Source of the DNA: Microthyrium microscopicum
Taxonomy: Eukaryota
Direction of reading: 5' to 3'
NCBI GenBank assembly: GCA_010405405.1
Contig: MU004232.1
Location: 2,251,481 to 2,315,480 of the forward strand
DNA: 64,000 bases
Part shown: piece after piece, positions 40,483 through 53,826 of the stretch
How the letters are laid out: each line of letters begins with the position of its first letter
Numbering within the stretch: position 1 is the first letter of the stretch
Position numbers and translations under genes: made by a program
The notes under the pieces: model-generated
Told to the model about the DNA's origin: nothing
Databases searched by the model: none
The model's input: the letters and a program-made list of their open reading frames with translations, nothing else

Positions 40483-43400
40483 ATGGCGGCTGAAGGGCTC
40501 TCAGCGACTATCGTCACCTTCAACAAAACAATACTCGAGCCTACCAATAATCGCCAATTCTTTTGTCATAATTATGAAGGTTGGGGTCCATTTTCAGACG
40601 GCTATTACGACTTTACACCGTGCTTTGTCGACGTTCCGGTAGTTGCAGTCTCGCTCTTTGGTATCATAACCGGGGCAATCACAATATGGTATTTGCTCAA
40701 TAAACAGTCGAAACAACCTACACCAAAAGACTGGCACTATTACACAAAACTGGTAGGTCAAACACGCAGCTTCATCTTACCTCGGATGCTGACATCACTA
40801 GGTTTTGGTCTCTGGCATTGCAATCAGCACTTCCCTTCAAGCATTAATACAAATATTCGCATATAATGATGTGTGGATCGGAGACTTTCGATTCTGGTCC
40901 ACCTTTCTTCAAGTTGCTTCGCTCGGAGTAGCATTCACAATTCACGAACTCGAGCATGAGCGGTCCAGAGTCCCAAGTGCAACTCTCCTATTCTTCTGGC
41001 TCTTCTACCCCATTGTCAACGGAATCAAAGCTCGGTCGCTTTACATTCGGGGCGTTGAAAACTACCAGACTATCTTCGCCCTTTTAGTGACAAATCTGGT
41101 GCTATCCAAGATTCTGTTCTTCCTCGAAGTGTACATTGAAAAAAAGCAAAGCCCATATCGAAAAATTGGTGACCTCAAGGAATATCCTTCCGAGTACGCC
41201 AATATTTTCTCCCAGCTTTCATTCGGATGGCTCACCCCATTCATTAAGTTCGGATACAAAACTTACATCACTCAAGAAGATCTGTGGAATGTGCCTGTGA
41301 GGAACACTGCTGGCATCAACTGTGATGAGTTTTCTTCCAGCTGGACCAAGCAGGTCTACAAACAGAATCCTAGCGTCTGGGTGGCGCTTCTCAAGACTTA
41401 CGGCAAACGATACGTCTGCTTTGTTCCAGTCAAGCTTTTTGGCGATTCTTTGGCATATATTCAGCCTCAGCTACTAAGACTATTGATCGAATTCGTGGAG
41501 TCGTACTCTGGAAAAACACCTGACCCTGTTCTGCGAGGATTCATGATTGCTGGTGGAATGTTCGCCGTCTCTCTGGGTCAGTCGATTTGCAACAACACAT
41601 TCATGAACTTTGCCTTTGAAATTGGCCAAAACGTCAAATCGGGATTGATTTCAAACATCTATCGAAAATCGCTCCGACTATCGAATTCTGGCCGAGCATC
41701 AAAGAGCACTGGTGATATCGTCAACCTTATGGCTGTTGACACTTTGAGAATCTCCGAAGTTTCAAGGCAAGGACATCAATTGTGGTCTGCGCCATTTCAA
41801 ATCATTCTTTGCATGATTTCTCTCGTCCAGCTTCTTGGATGGGTTGGGCTTGCTGGAGTGGGTGTGATGGCATTCATGGTTCCTCTCAACATGTGGATTG
41901 CAAAGTTGATGAAAAAATACCAAAAAGTGCAAATGCGGAATAAGGATCAGCGTACAAAAATCACCACTGAAATCCTACAAAACATGAAGAGCATCAAACT
42001 ATACTCCTGGACCGAAGCTTTCGCCGCCAAATTGACCCATATTAGAAATGATCTTGAGCTCAAGACACTCCGCAAGATTGGCGGAACTCAAGCAGCTTCA
42101 CGATTTTGCTGGAATGCCACTCCGTTCTTTGTTTCTTGCACCACATTCACACTCTACGTGATGTTCAAGGATAAACCACTTTCGATCGATTTAGTCTTTC
42201 CCGCTCTCACCTTGTTCAACCTCCTGACGATGCCGCTTCAGCAATTGCCTAATGTCATTACATCTGTAGTGGAATCAACCGTGGCTGCGGGTCGTTTGAC
42301 TGAGTTTTTTACTGCTGACGAGATCCAGTTGGATGCAGTCAACCGCCAACCTGCTGCCAAGAAAATTGGCCAGGAGTCAGTTCGTGTTCGCAAAGCAGCG
42401 TTCTCCTGGGGCTCAGACGAGGGCGAGCGAGCTACTCTAGCGAAGATCGATTTCACTGCCCACAAAGGCGAGTTAAACTGTATTGTTGGACGAGTTGGAA
42501 GTGGAAAGTCATCTCTGCTGCAAGCACTCCTGGGAGATTTGCACAAAATCCGTGGTGAAGTTACCGTTTGTGGCTCCATCGCGTACGTCGCTCAGAACGC
42601 GTGGATTATCAATGCATCCGTCAGAGACAACGTACTCTTTGGCCACCATTATGACGCTGCTTTCTACCAAGCAACTATCAAAGCATGTGCCTTGGTCGAA
42701 GATCTCGCTGTTTTGCCAGATGGTGATCGAACAGAAGTTGGCGAAAAGGGCATTTCACTTAGTGGTGGCCAAAAGGCTCGCCTGCAGCTCGCGAGAGCCG
42801 TTTATGCAAGAGCCGACGTTTACCTATTGGACGACATTCTATCCGCTGTGGACCAGCATGTCGGTCGTCATATTATCAACCATGTTGTTGGACCACGAGG
42901 TCTGCTGCGTCATAAAACACGAATTCTTGCCACAAACTCAATACCGGTGCTCAAGGAAGCCAACCACATCATGTTGCTGAGCGAAGGACGTATAGTTGAG
43001 CATGGAACTTATTTGGAGGCAATAGCTAAGAAAACGGCCATTGCAGCACTTATCGACACCGTCAAAAGCTCTTCGGATCAACAAGCCGACACACCGGTAT
43101 CTTCTGCATCGTCACCCACCAAGCTTTCACACGCCAATAGCTCAGCTGACGCAAGTGACGAGGATCCTTTGTCAGATTATGACGACGAAAAACATGCTTT
43201 GCGAGACGAAAAGGATAGTAGAGATAGTACAGATACCCTCGAAAGACTGAGCATCTCGTCAATCACCAAAAACAAAGAAAGTGATGAGGAGATTGCTCTT
43301 CTTCCTGTTTCACGACAAACGCAAACCAAGGAAAAGTCAGAGCAAGGCAAAGTCAAATGGGACATCTACATGGAATATGCAAGAGCCTGTAATGGCCATG

Positions 43401-45161
43401 CCGTCTGTTTGTGGTTCTTTGCCATAATGTGCACACAATCATTACAGGTCTCCAGCTCAGTCTGGCTCAAGAATTGGGCAGAAGTCAACGAGAGCTCCGG
43501 AGCGAATCCTGAAGTCGTCAAGAACGTTGGAGTCTATTTTGCTCTTGGTATCTCAGGTTCAGCAATGCTTGTCGTTCAAACTATGATCATGTGGCTTTAC
43601 TGTTCAATTCAGGCATCGAAAAAACTTCACGAAAATATGGCACATGCTATGTTCCGAAGCCCAATGAGTTTCTTTGAGACTACTCCCATGGGCCGCATTC
43701 TCAATCGTTTCTCAACAGACATGTTCCGCGTTGACGAGGCTATTGGAAGATCCTTCAGTGAACTGTTTAGCAATGCTGCGAAGACAATGTTTACCCTTGG
43801 AGTCATCTGTGTCACCTCACCCCTTTTCATCTGCATCCTCATCCCTCTTTCAGTACTATACTTATGGATCCAGCGCTATTACCTGAGAACCAATCGTGAA
43901 TTGAAAAGATTGGAGAGTATCTCAAGAAGTCCCATTTTCGCGCATTTCGGAGAGTCACTCTCTGGACTATCAACCATTAGAGCCTTTGACCAAGCTCAGC
44001 GATGGGCAGATGAAAACGAACATCGTGTTGATAACAACAACAAGGCATTTTTTCCAGCTATCCACGCAAACCGTTGGCTCGGAATTCGGCTCGAATTTGT
44101 TGGCGCCATGGTCGTATTTGGAGCTGCCACCCTCTCGATCGTTGCTGTCGTCCGAGGCGGCGGCCCATCGGCTGGTATGGTCGGTCTTGCCATGTCGTAT
44201 GCTTTGAATATTACTCAAGCTCTCAACTGGATGGTCCGTCTATCAGTCGAAGTGGAGACCAACATAGTGTCCGTGGAGCGAGTCCTGGAATACTCTCGCC
44301 TGCCATCCGAAGCAGAAGATGTCATTCACAATAATCGCCCTGCACCAACGTGGCCAGCGAAGGGTGCTATTCAATTCAATGATTATTCCATGCGGTACCG
44401 ACCAGGACTAGACCTTGTTCTCAAGAACATTGCTTTGTCTATCAAATCACAAGAAAAAATCGGCGTGGTTGGTAGAACTGGTGCTGGAAAGAGTTCATTA
44501 ACTCTGTCCCTTTTCCGCATTGTCGAAGCGGCGGAAGGTGGTATCGATATCGACGGTATAGATACCTCTACGATCGGACTGGCGGATTTGAGAAGTAAAT
44601 TGGCCATCATTCCCCAGGATGCTGCGCTATTTGAAGGCACAATTCGAGACAACCTGGATCCCAAGCACTCCAAAAGCGACGAAGAGCTCTGGGATGCCTT
44701 AGGTAAGTTCTCCCCACTTCTTTCATAAATCTTCCATGTACTAATGAACTCCAGCACACGCACGTCTAGCAGATCACGTTTCCAAAATGACCAATGGCCT
44801 CGACGCTGCCGTTCTTGAAGGTGGTAGTAACCTCTCTCAAGGCCAAAAACAACTTGTCTCACTCGCCCGCGCCCTCCTCACCAGCTCCTCCATCCTAGTT
44901 CTCGACGAAGCCACCGCCGCCGTAGACGTCGAAACCGACGCCTTGCTGCAAGACACATTGCGCAGCGACATGTTCGCGAACCGTACGATTATTACCATTG
45001 CGCACCGAATCAATACCATCATCGACTGTGATCGTATCGTGGTACTAAATAGAGGGGAGGTAAAAGAGTTTGGGTCGCCCCACGAATTGATAGCAAGCAG
45101 ACGCCTATTCTTCGAGCTAGCGAAGGAGGCAGGGCTCGTTGATGCTGATGGAAAACGATGA
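40483..45161 (+). CDS. YCF1: ABCC/MRP transporter, Ycf1-like; introns 40753-40801 and 44703-44754
   Basis: TMD0 (EGWGP..DFTPCF); NBD1 GRVGSGKS and LSGGQK; NBD2 GRTGAGKS, LSQGQKQL and LDEATA. Confidence 0.88.
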
Positions 45162-45850
45162 TACATGACTATAATGAACAACGATAATACATTAACATAG
45201 GCAATACAAAAGTTAGCCCCGTGCTTCTTTACTAGCTTCCAAACATAGCTGCAATTAGATTGAGCTTGTTCGTGGCACGGGGCAGAAGCAATTCATATTA
45301 AAACATATGGTATTTCCGGCTCTTTTTGATATCGCAACTATCATTGAGCGATGGCTGGATACTCGAAAGACGGTTATCTTCACCATCACTTCTTATCCTT
45401 TCATGTATTCGATTCTCTGTTCCGATCAGTTCTCTACCTTGAGATCTTGTACCTTGGCTTGTTGAGATTTCATCCGACCGAGATGTTAGTCCGGCTTTAT
45501 GCTGTTTTCTACCCGGCTTGCGAGCCATCACAGACAGAACCTGTCTGCTCTAAACCGGAAAAATATCACATCGAAGATGTGTTTCAGCGTTAAGACAAGA
45601 CTCAATTTACTAGTACTATACAAGAGGTAAGGCTGGCCCGCCGTGACGAAATCACTGGGGAATCACCTGGTAGGAGCCCTGTCAAGTCTACATAATTTCC
45701 GAGCTTGATGAATGTCTCCTCATTAGGTCTAGATGCTAAACATCATCGGCAATATGATAAGAACTAATTAGTAATATATATAGGTAGACTTTGGGATTCC
45801 CAACGACCTGGTTTCATCTTTTTCAGCATTGTCGACTCGCTTAGCTCAGC

Positions 45851-46703
45851 ATGGTTTCTTCACTACTTCTCTCAGCGCTTTGTGCTGTCGTAGCAGCAGA
45901 AGATACCTGGGGACCAGCGGTCTCGTTCGGACCCTCCAAGTCAACGATTATCAGGGCAATTACTACTGTACAACCTGGCAAAGCGCCAGCACAGCCTCAT
46001 GCTGGCACCATCATAGAACCAAGATGCACCACCAACACCACCAAACATGGCGAAAAGAAGAGGACAAGGCCGAATGCTGGATTCCTGACCATCTGGCCCG
46101 GAATGTCCAATGGCACAGGCAACTTGATCCAAACTACTCTCGAATCGCATGAGGAGGGCAAACCACGATGCGGCGAGAAGACTGGCGAATGGTGTGTCAT
46201 GGCCAGCGTATTCGGTGACTTCCCAGGCCTCAGAACGAAGCAAATTGATGCCAAGTCGCAAGGAGTCGTCAAAGGAACTGATAAGATCACCATTGAGTAC
46301 CGTTTAGAGAAGGATGATATGACCTGGACACAGTAAGCCTTCGTGATGAATGAAGAGGGAGACTCGATGACTGATTGATTCTAGAACCGTCACGAACACT
46401 GCTACCAAAGCAGTACTCTCCAAACTCTCGACCAGGTCCGAGCCATATATGCGAGGCTATGGTACAGGTGTTGAGTGCCAACATGACTGCCAGGGCACTA
46501 TCGAACCAAACTATTATACTGATACTGTTATTACATTCAAGTCACCGGAGCCAAAATTCGAGCTCCATGCTTCTGGGGGCCTCACAAACCGAACGGCGTT
46601 GTACACAACACCAGTCTCAGAGCAAGGAGGAAGAGTATGGAAAGTTGCCAAGATAACAATACCTGCTATGTATGATAAGCCCATATGCGGAGGTACTGCT
46701 TAG
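45851..46703 (+). CDS. Secreted beta-sandwich protein, possibly glutamic peptidase (G1)-like fold; intron 46333-46384
   Basis: Signal peptide; IWPGMSNGTGNLIQT, EWC, TWTQTV, GTGVEC and WKVAKITIP. Confidence 0.75.
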
Positions 46704-47378
46704 GTGATGTCTAGGCAATTATATGAAGACATACACAAAATACAAATTGGTTATTATCAATTCAGTTCAGGGGCTGTACATGGCTCTAATCCAGAATAAG
46801 ATGTGCGATGGGAATCAGTCCCACTGAATCACTGCGTATCTGCATATGTGCTACCATTTTGTAGACCAAGGAAGTTCTTCGAAATTCCGGTAGCATTCGA
46901 GACTACTTTAGAGGTAGGGAAAAACGTAGTTGGTTTAAGATGACCTGCAGAGATTGAATGTGTCACCAGGCCGCCAAATGGGCCGCTTTCCCTAGCTAGC
47001 TGCTATAGTGCTCTCAAGTTCTCAACCCAGCGAAAAGAACCATAATACCCGAAGTACACAAAGAAAAATACGCATGGAATGCAGGACTTCGACACAAGAG
47101 GAGATCTACAAGCCTACTTCGAAGATGTCTCAATAGAGCGACTCCTCCAGTACTAGAGGGAGCCTGAGCTACCTTGTAGGTCAGCATCATATCCCGAGTT
47201 GAAGAAGCTTCCCAACTTTTTATAAATGTCGCTACTGCCCTTGAGATTTCGCTATTTGGAACACTTGCTATTCGAGGCGAAAACGGCTTTAATCAAACAT
47301 TGACACTCCCAGCACCGAGTCATGATAATTACTGATCAACTTCGACAAGTCTCAAGAAGTCTCAAGAAGTCTGTAATA

Positions 47379-48386
47379 CTAAGCCCTGAAAGGTCCCAAA
47401 ATATCAAATGAGATTCTGAGAGATTCGACCATGGCGTACGCGTTTTCAAACCCAAAAGCATCCACTCCACCGACACGGCTAGCCCACGATCTGGTTGTAA
47501 TGTTTGCACAGCGTTCCGCAACGATGTCAAGATAAACCTTGAACTCAGCATATCCGTTGTTAGGGTTGTTCTTTAGAACGGTAGGCAGAAGATTTCCAGC
47601 TCCGAGGAGAGTGTCATTAGTTGCTGAGAGCAATATGGTGTCCTTGCAGTTTTGAAATAGGTCATTGACATACGCTTGTTGGGTAAGAACGTCTTCCCTA
47701 ACTCCAATCCGATTCAAGTGACCACCAATGTAGTGAGTGAAGTTGTATCCAAGAATGTCGTTATGAGCCTTGATCCAGTTCGGTATATTGGTAGACTCGG
47801 CCAGCGCAGCGAACGGTGCCCAGCCCGGAAAAACCACGTCGACTAGCATAAGAACCTTTGCTGCTTCCGCGTATATGAAGATGTTACCAGCACAGTGGTT
47901 CTCGCCCTTGTAGGACAGCTGAACAGTCTGGTTTCCGACGACAAGGTTTAGATTGTCCTTGAATGTTGTCGTTGGTAGTGGTCTCATTGAATCAGACGGT
48001 ACCTCCTTCAGAAGGCGAAGAGTTTCTTCGTGTGCAACGATGTGGACTTTTGGGCCGGCAAATCGATATGCTGATCCAATATGGTCCGCATGCGCATGGC
48101 TGTAGACCATGTGGGTGACTGGTTTGTCTGTGACGTTTCCAATCGCGTACTTTAAGAGTAGGTCCGTGGTTGGGGGCGAATCAATGAGGATCACACCCTC
48201 AGTTGATACGACGAACATAGATTGATAGAAACCATCCAGGACCACATATGTGCCATAGCCCAAAGGCATCGTCAGGAATCCAGAAGTCGGCATGGTAGGG
48301 CCATTAACAGACGCGGGTAGCGGATCGAAGGTTTCAGTGATCTCTCCGATATGAGATATTTGGCTCATTGCAATGTTGCTAAACAT
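47379..48386 (-). CDS. Intronless metallo-beta-lactamase-fold hydrolase; start codon uncertain
   Basis: ILIDSP, YSHAHADHIG (HxHxDH), ENH, LVD and IGGH. TATAAA at about 48544-48549 favours the Met at 48386 over the longer ORF start. Confidence 0.88.
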   Translation of the reverse strand: MFSNIAMSQISHIGEITETFDPLPASVNGPTMPTSGFLTMPLGYGTYVVLDGFYQSMFVVSTEGVILIDSPPTTDLLLKYAIGNVTDKPVTHMVYSHAHADHIGSAYRFAGPKVHIVAHEETLRLLKEVPSDSMRPLPTTTFKDNLNLVVGNQTVQLSYKGENHCAGNIFIYAEAAKVLMLVDVVFPGWAPFAALAESTNIPNWIKAHNDILGYNFTHYIGGHLNRIGVREDVLTQQAYVNDLFQNCKDTILLSATNDTLLGAGNLLPTVLKNNPNNGYAEFKVYLDIVAERCANITTRSWASRVGGVDAFGFENAYAMVESLRISFDILGPFRA

Positions 48387-48969
48387 GCTGAAAAAGAATA
48401 TCGACAACTCATCTTGACTGTTGGAGTGGGAAATGATACTACTTATCACCTTTTTCGAATTTCGAGGTTTTGATGAAATTGCAAGTAGTGCGCCAAAATC
48501 TGTCTGTGTCGAGTTCAAACTATTCCTTTCTTCACGGCGTGATTTATACTTCACTGTGATCACTGAGCTTATTGTTGGTAAGATCTGTACTCTTTCTGAA
48601 CGACTAATCAGAAAGGCATCCATGAGCAACGAAGCAAGTCCGCCGGAAGCCCAATGCAGCCACGGTCAACCATGCCGATTTGCCTTTCCTAGAATAAATA
48701 GGTGTTCCTTAAGTATTTGAGGGATGCAGACAAAGTAATCGATTGTTTTGCACAGTTGAAGTGAGGAAGGCGCATTTGGTCTGTGGGTCGGGTGCAGTAC
48801 ATTTTCCGTGGAAGTGAGCATGCCTCTACTGATGACATCGCAATTGCTTTAGAGAAGAAAGCTGATAGCAACTTTACAAACAATAAGATACTTTCAGAGG
48901 ACTGGAATTACCCGGGATATAAGCAAGCAACATAACCACATTGACAGTACGCGCTGGAAAATGCTCTAG

Positions 48970-50376
48970 TTACGTGGTGGCTTTGGCCGCCTCGAGATCA
49001 GCAATTTGCTTGTTCTCGGCCTCAACATCAATTACGGATGGGACCTCCTCTTCTTGCGTGTTCTCTGGTTTTCGTGCGTAGCAGAAACACACTCGTTGAT
49101 AGAGTCGAATCTTCTGTGCCTTGAATTCAGCCCTCGAGTCGTCAATCAACGTTTGGACTTCTTCTTGTGTCTTGCCCAGGGCAGCTATGACTAGAGGTCC
49201 CGCGGCCTCGATCGCATCATAAAAGTCGAGATAGGTAAATCTTCCCAAAATCTTGTTCTTTTGATGCTTTGCCCACGGCCCAATAGGCCAATTGACCCAC
49301 TTCATATGGATATCAACGAACCCAGCTGCCTCTAGCCATTCTCTCCATTTCTCGGGAGCCTCAAAGTCGAGACCGATTCTTTTGCCTGCTTCTAACATAA
49401 CGTCTCCATAGTCACGAACTCTACTAATGGCTTCATCTTCAGGATTATTGCATCCCGTGGGAAAGGATACCTGTGACCATTAGCGTCGGGTCCAACTATG
49501 ATTCGTTCCGAAACTCTTACATCTTGCATTTCGAGATATCCGCCAGGGTTTAGATGGCTAACATTATGTCAGCAAATTGTGTTGTATCCAATGATAACTA
49601 CCTAGATACTTACTCAAAAGCTTGCTGTATGAATCCGGGCCAGTCTTTGAGAGCAGCAACCATTGCCCGCGAGTGTATAAAGTCGTACGTTTCTTCATGC
49701 ACCCAATCGGTTTCGACATTATCAACCCTGAAGCTACAGTTCACAGGTACGTATGCTGGTTGTATGGGGCTCAGATCCACGCCCAGAACCGAAGCGTTTG
49801 GATAATCATCAGCAAACTCAATAGTCCACTATGATCGTGTTAGATACGAAAGGGTAAAAACAACGGACGTACAATGCCTGTTCCACACCCAACATCAAGA
49901 ACACTTTGAACATCTTTCGGTATTGGTGCTAGAAATAATTTGCCATCCACCGATATGCGAAAAACATGGTGTTGAAGGTCAAGTCGGTCTTGTTCAGCTT
50001 CATCATTAGGAAGCATATATACTCCCGCGTCGTATCCCTGAGATAGTTAGTTCAGACTATAAAACCATGACCTGCGATCTCTACATGGTATCTTCGCCCA
50101 TCTTTGAATTGGTAAGCATATGCCGAACTCGCCAAAGATTCAGTTCGCCTGTACTGTGGTCAGTATTGAATGTATTTACCAGTGACTTGTAAATGTACCC
50201 TGTAGATTTGATATCACTGATTGCAGAATCGGCATCATCGCCCAGAGACGATGGACCAGACTAAAGGGGCAGTCAATTTCAATATGAAGCCTGACGAGAT
50301 TGGAGGTCTGTCATACATCCGTTTCTAACGGCGTCGCAGGTCGATTGTGCTCATGCTCGGTCTCCCGCGCAGACAT
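48970..50376 (-). CDS. LaeA-like (Methyltransf_23) SAM-dependent methyltransferase; about 7 exons
   Basis: Spliced GRRYH, LPNDEAEQDRLDLQHH, VLDVGCGTGIW, DLSPIQP, LNPGGYLEMQD and WPIGPW. Confidence 0.92.
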
Positions 50377-52774
50377 TTTGATGTGTGTCTGAAGTTATTG
50401 ATAGAATCCGTACCTAGCAACTACTGTCGTCAATTCTGTGTTCGTTACGCACGCTTCACCATGCCTTAACAATGAGCTACCACATTATCACATACCTGCG
50501 TGCGAGGTGAGCTCAATGAACGTTCTTGTTAATCCAAAACTATAGAACGATGACCGCAGTGCGCGAAGGCTGCTCAGCTGTCTCTAAAACAGTTGCACGT
50601 TAAACCCAAGGCGAGACTTCACAAACGAGAAAGATCGCAAAAGTTACAACTCCATCGGGGGGTATCCGATTCCCTTTATGTCATTGGCTCGCCTGTCCCG
50701 ATGGGGCGGGCCGGCTACCCGAAGCGTCGTACCACCGGACCTGACTTAGATCCTTCTATCTTTTGTTGTTCGCCAGGACTTTGACACCTCGACTTCATCG
50801 CGATTAACGACAGCTCATTAGGCGCTTTTGCCATCATCCAAACCGCTGCACATAAGGAGTGTGTACCGATGAGAAAGAATGCGATCTGCTTAAATGCTTG
50901 CGCCAGCCTCAGAACTCGACCTCAGTCACGCGTTTTCAATTTCAAGCAGTTCGTTCAAGCAAAAGTCGGGTTACGTCCGCCAGAAATGGGGTGCATATCG
51001 CCTGTGCCCCCAATAATCTGTGGACTTTTTCGGGATTTGCATGTTCAAAACATGCTATGCCCAGAAGAGCTGTGTCTCCCAAGTGTGTCCTGTAAGCGGA
51101 GAAAGCAGTCATTACTGGTGACAGACAGACAAATGGGGCTGTAGCACTTGTACAGCGAGAGGGTGCGTTTTGTTTTGGTTCAGGCGGGCGCTGAAGATGT
51201 GATCTGTTCATGGGATTATGGGACTGGGTTCGCAACACTTTTACATTTGATTGAGAATGAAGTAGAGGCGATAACTGGTAAAAGATTGAGCCTGTTGATT
51301 AGTATGTGCTCACGATTCTTTGACAAACTCATTCTGATGGTAAATCAAGTTTGAGGCAGATAGCCTGATACATACCATCTTAAAGCGGGAGCATATCTTT
51401 AGTCCATGAAACATGCCGTCTTCCTTTCCTAAGTATGTCTTTGAGCCTTCCTCATCTGCTAAGGTACCAAAGTGAACGAAGAAAATGACAGATGGACCTG
51501 CCGCCATTATCAAGGTGACTTAGTCAGGCTAGCGGTTCCTAGACCTAGATATGCGTATCAATGGGCGGTCTAGCTATTCCTTTGCAAGATATGCTGGCTC
51601 AGATACAATGCCCCAAGAAGAAACAAATTATAAAGCACAGTCAACATGTGTGATATAGCTGAATATATCATTACCAGAAACTGAAGCGACAAGATCAGCT
51701 CCACATCAGAGCAGTTTGATCGTAAGTTCCTACTACACGCCATTTCCTAAATTATCTGTCGTGTGGCTACGGTTTAAGAGTTCCAGATAAGCCATTGAAG
51801 ATTTGCGATAGACCCTGTTCCTATCATTTTGCTAATTTCATCTATAGAAGCGTTCATCTTCGCAGTAATCAAATATGTACCGAGAGGTTAGTCGTGGGTA
51901 CACCTGTGGGCATGGTTGGGTCATGAACTGGGAATCATGTGGACACCGCAAGCAGCCGGGACAAAAGCCTGTCCTTTCAAAGGGAGGATCGCGATAAGTA
52001 TGGTGACTATGGACAACGGGAACGAAAAGAGGAAGACGCGTCCCATGTGCGCACAGAAGAGAAAGGTTCAAATGTGAAGTGAAGACTCACAAGAAGGGTT
52101 AAGAACTTAAGATAGTGCCTGTGAAAAAAGCAGCCCATTGTAGCCTTACGAGTATTCGTGTCGCTAGACCGTCTTGTCTGGTTATCTAAATTTAGTTTGG
52201 AAATAGGGGGTGAAGGCCATTCAATACAATGTTGAATACAGCGGCAGATGGAATCTGTTAGCTCATTAAGTAGTAAGTAGTGTCTGCGATATGATCAGTG
52301 ATAGGGTCATCATAAGCTGTCAAGTGATAGGTAATGTATAAAATACTGCAAATAAGCGTCCAAATAGAGCGGCAAATGTAATTTATGGGTGAATTCAGCT
52401 TGGGGGATGACTGATAAACATTTACTAGGCGTAGACGATTTGCGTATAAAAGGATAGCTCACCCTGCCTCTGTTGTGAATGCAAAATAAGAACAAGAGAG
52501 GCATCAATTTCTGACCGACAGACTGATATCCAAGAAAAAGAATTTTGCTTGTGTAAAATTCTTTCGGCGCGATAGCCCAGTACGCAACGTCATCCAGGTC
52601 AATTTGAGTATCAGTAGCTCGGTCCTGACCTTCATTCGGCTCGATAAGATTGTAGTCCTACATTGAAAGTAAATCTATTGACGACATTTTCAATCTGACT
52701 GACAGAGACATTGAATCACCGTAGTTTGCGTTCTAGATAAGTACATAATCGGGTCTTCTGGTACTTCATTCAAA

Positions 52775-52978
52775 ATGTGCGATTACCAAGGAATAAGTTT
52801 CTCGTGCGATCATAAAGAAGTTAGGGTGCGGAAGGAGTGTCATGAACAACGTCACCTCAACCTCCAACTTGATGGAAAATCCAGAAAGCGATGCAGGCGT
52901 CCATTCAAAATGTCATATGGGGTAGCATATGTCGACCAGGCATGTCCCACGATATGTGGCGGACCACCCTGTAGCTAG
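52775..52978 (+). CDS. 67-aa Cys/His microprotein (MC-x8-CxH family), paralog A
   Basis: CAAA-ATG context; aligns with the ORF at 53827. Confidence 0.7.
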   Translation: MCDYQGISFSCDHKEVRVRKECHEQRHLNLQLDGKSRKRCRRPFKMSYGVAYVDQACPTICGGPPCS

Positions 52979-53826
52979 GTAAGTAATGAGCAAAAGCGGA
53001 AAGACCTTTGAAGTCGTATGGAGGCTTGTTTGAACCCATAGAAAAAATCTGGTTAATACATCTTGAATCAGATATCAGCAAGTCTTTGGCGCGGATTCGG
53101 TTGAACAAATCCTCGTCTTCAATTGTTGAAAGTCTATACCATCTTCCAAGGCTCTTATCCCTTTAAGGCCCAAATGAGTGAAGCATTCGAACAGATGCGT
53201 CGATTAAGTATGGTACGGTGTCTGCCAGACTATTTTTCAGAACAGTATGCCCATATCCCATGACTGCGTTTCGCGTAGCAATACCAACTCTCAGGATTGC
53301 GGAAATGAAACAAGCTCAAGATGTTAAGGCATAGCAAGTAAATGATGCTGATGGCCATTGAGCACGATTTGTAAGAGGATTGAGATTTTGTGGCTGGAAT
53401 GTTTTTGTCAAGGCCATTAAATCCTTGATTTGTTATAATAAGGTTAGGCTCAAGTAGCATGATACCTTGGTCGACGACAATACCGTGTCATGTTGATGGA
53501 TGGAGTTTCCAGGGCGTGCCACGCAGGCTACGAACTGGTTGCTTCATTGACCTTTATATCAATATTTGTGCATTATGCATGTGTAACCGTTGACGCTCTG
53601 GGTATAAATTCTCGTCCCCTTCCATCATTCCTGGGACCAGAACCCCAGAACAAAATCTTCCTGCGAACTATCGACGAAATTCAGATCTGTACTCTCAATA
53701 AAAACTTGCTGATATCTAGACAACATCTTACCAGTTAAAATAAACCGACAAGCTCTTCAGTACGTGTGCGTAGTTTCAAAATGCTATAAATATCGCTGAG
53801 AATGATCTAGTTCTCCATTTATCATA

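Noticed and set aside
50650..50725. GC-rich inverted repeats upstream of the LaeA-like gene as a riboswitch or ncRNA
   Set aside because: Only short stems and no TPP aptamer consensus.
51838..52071. Cys-containing minus-strand ORF as a third microprotein paralog
   Set aside because: No ATG start and no MC-x8-CxH pattern; nearby splice-like signals give no convincing gene model.
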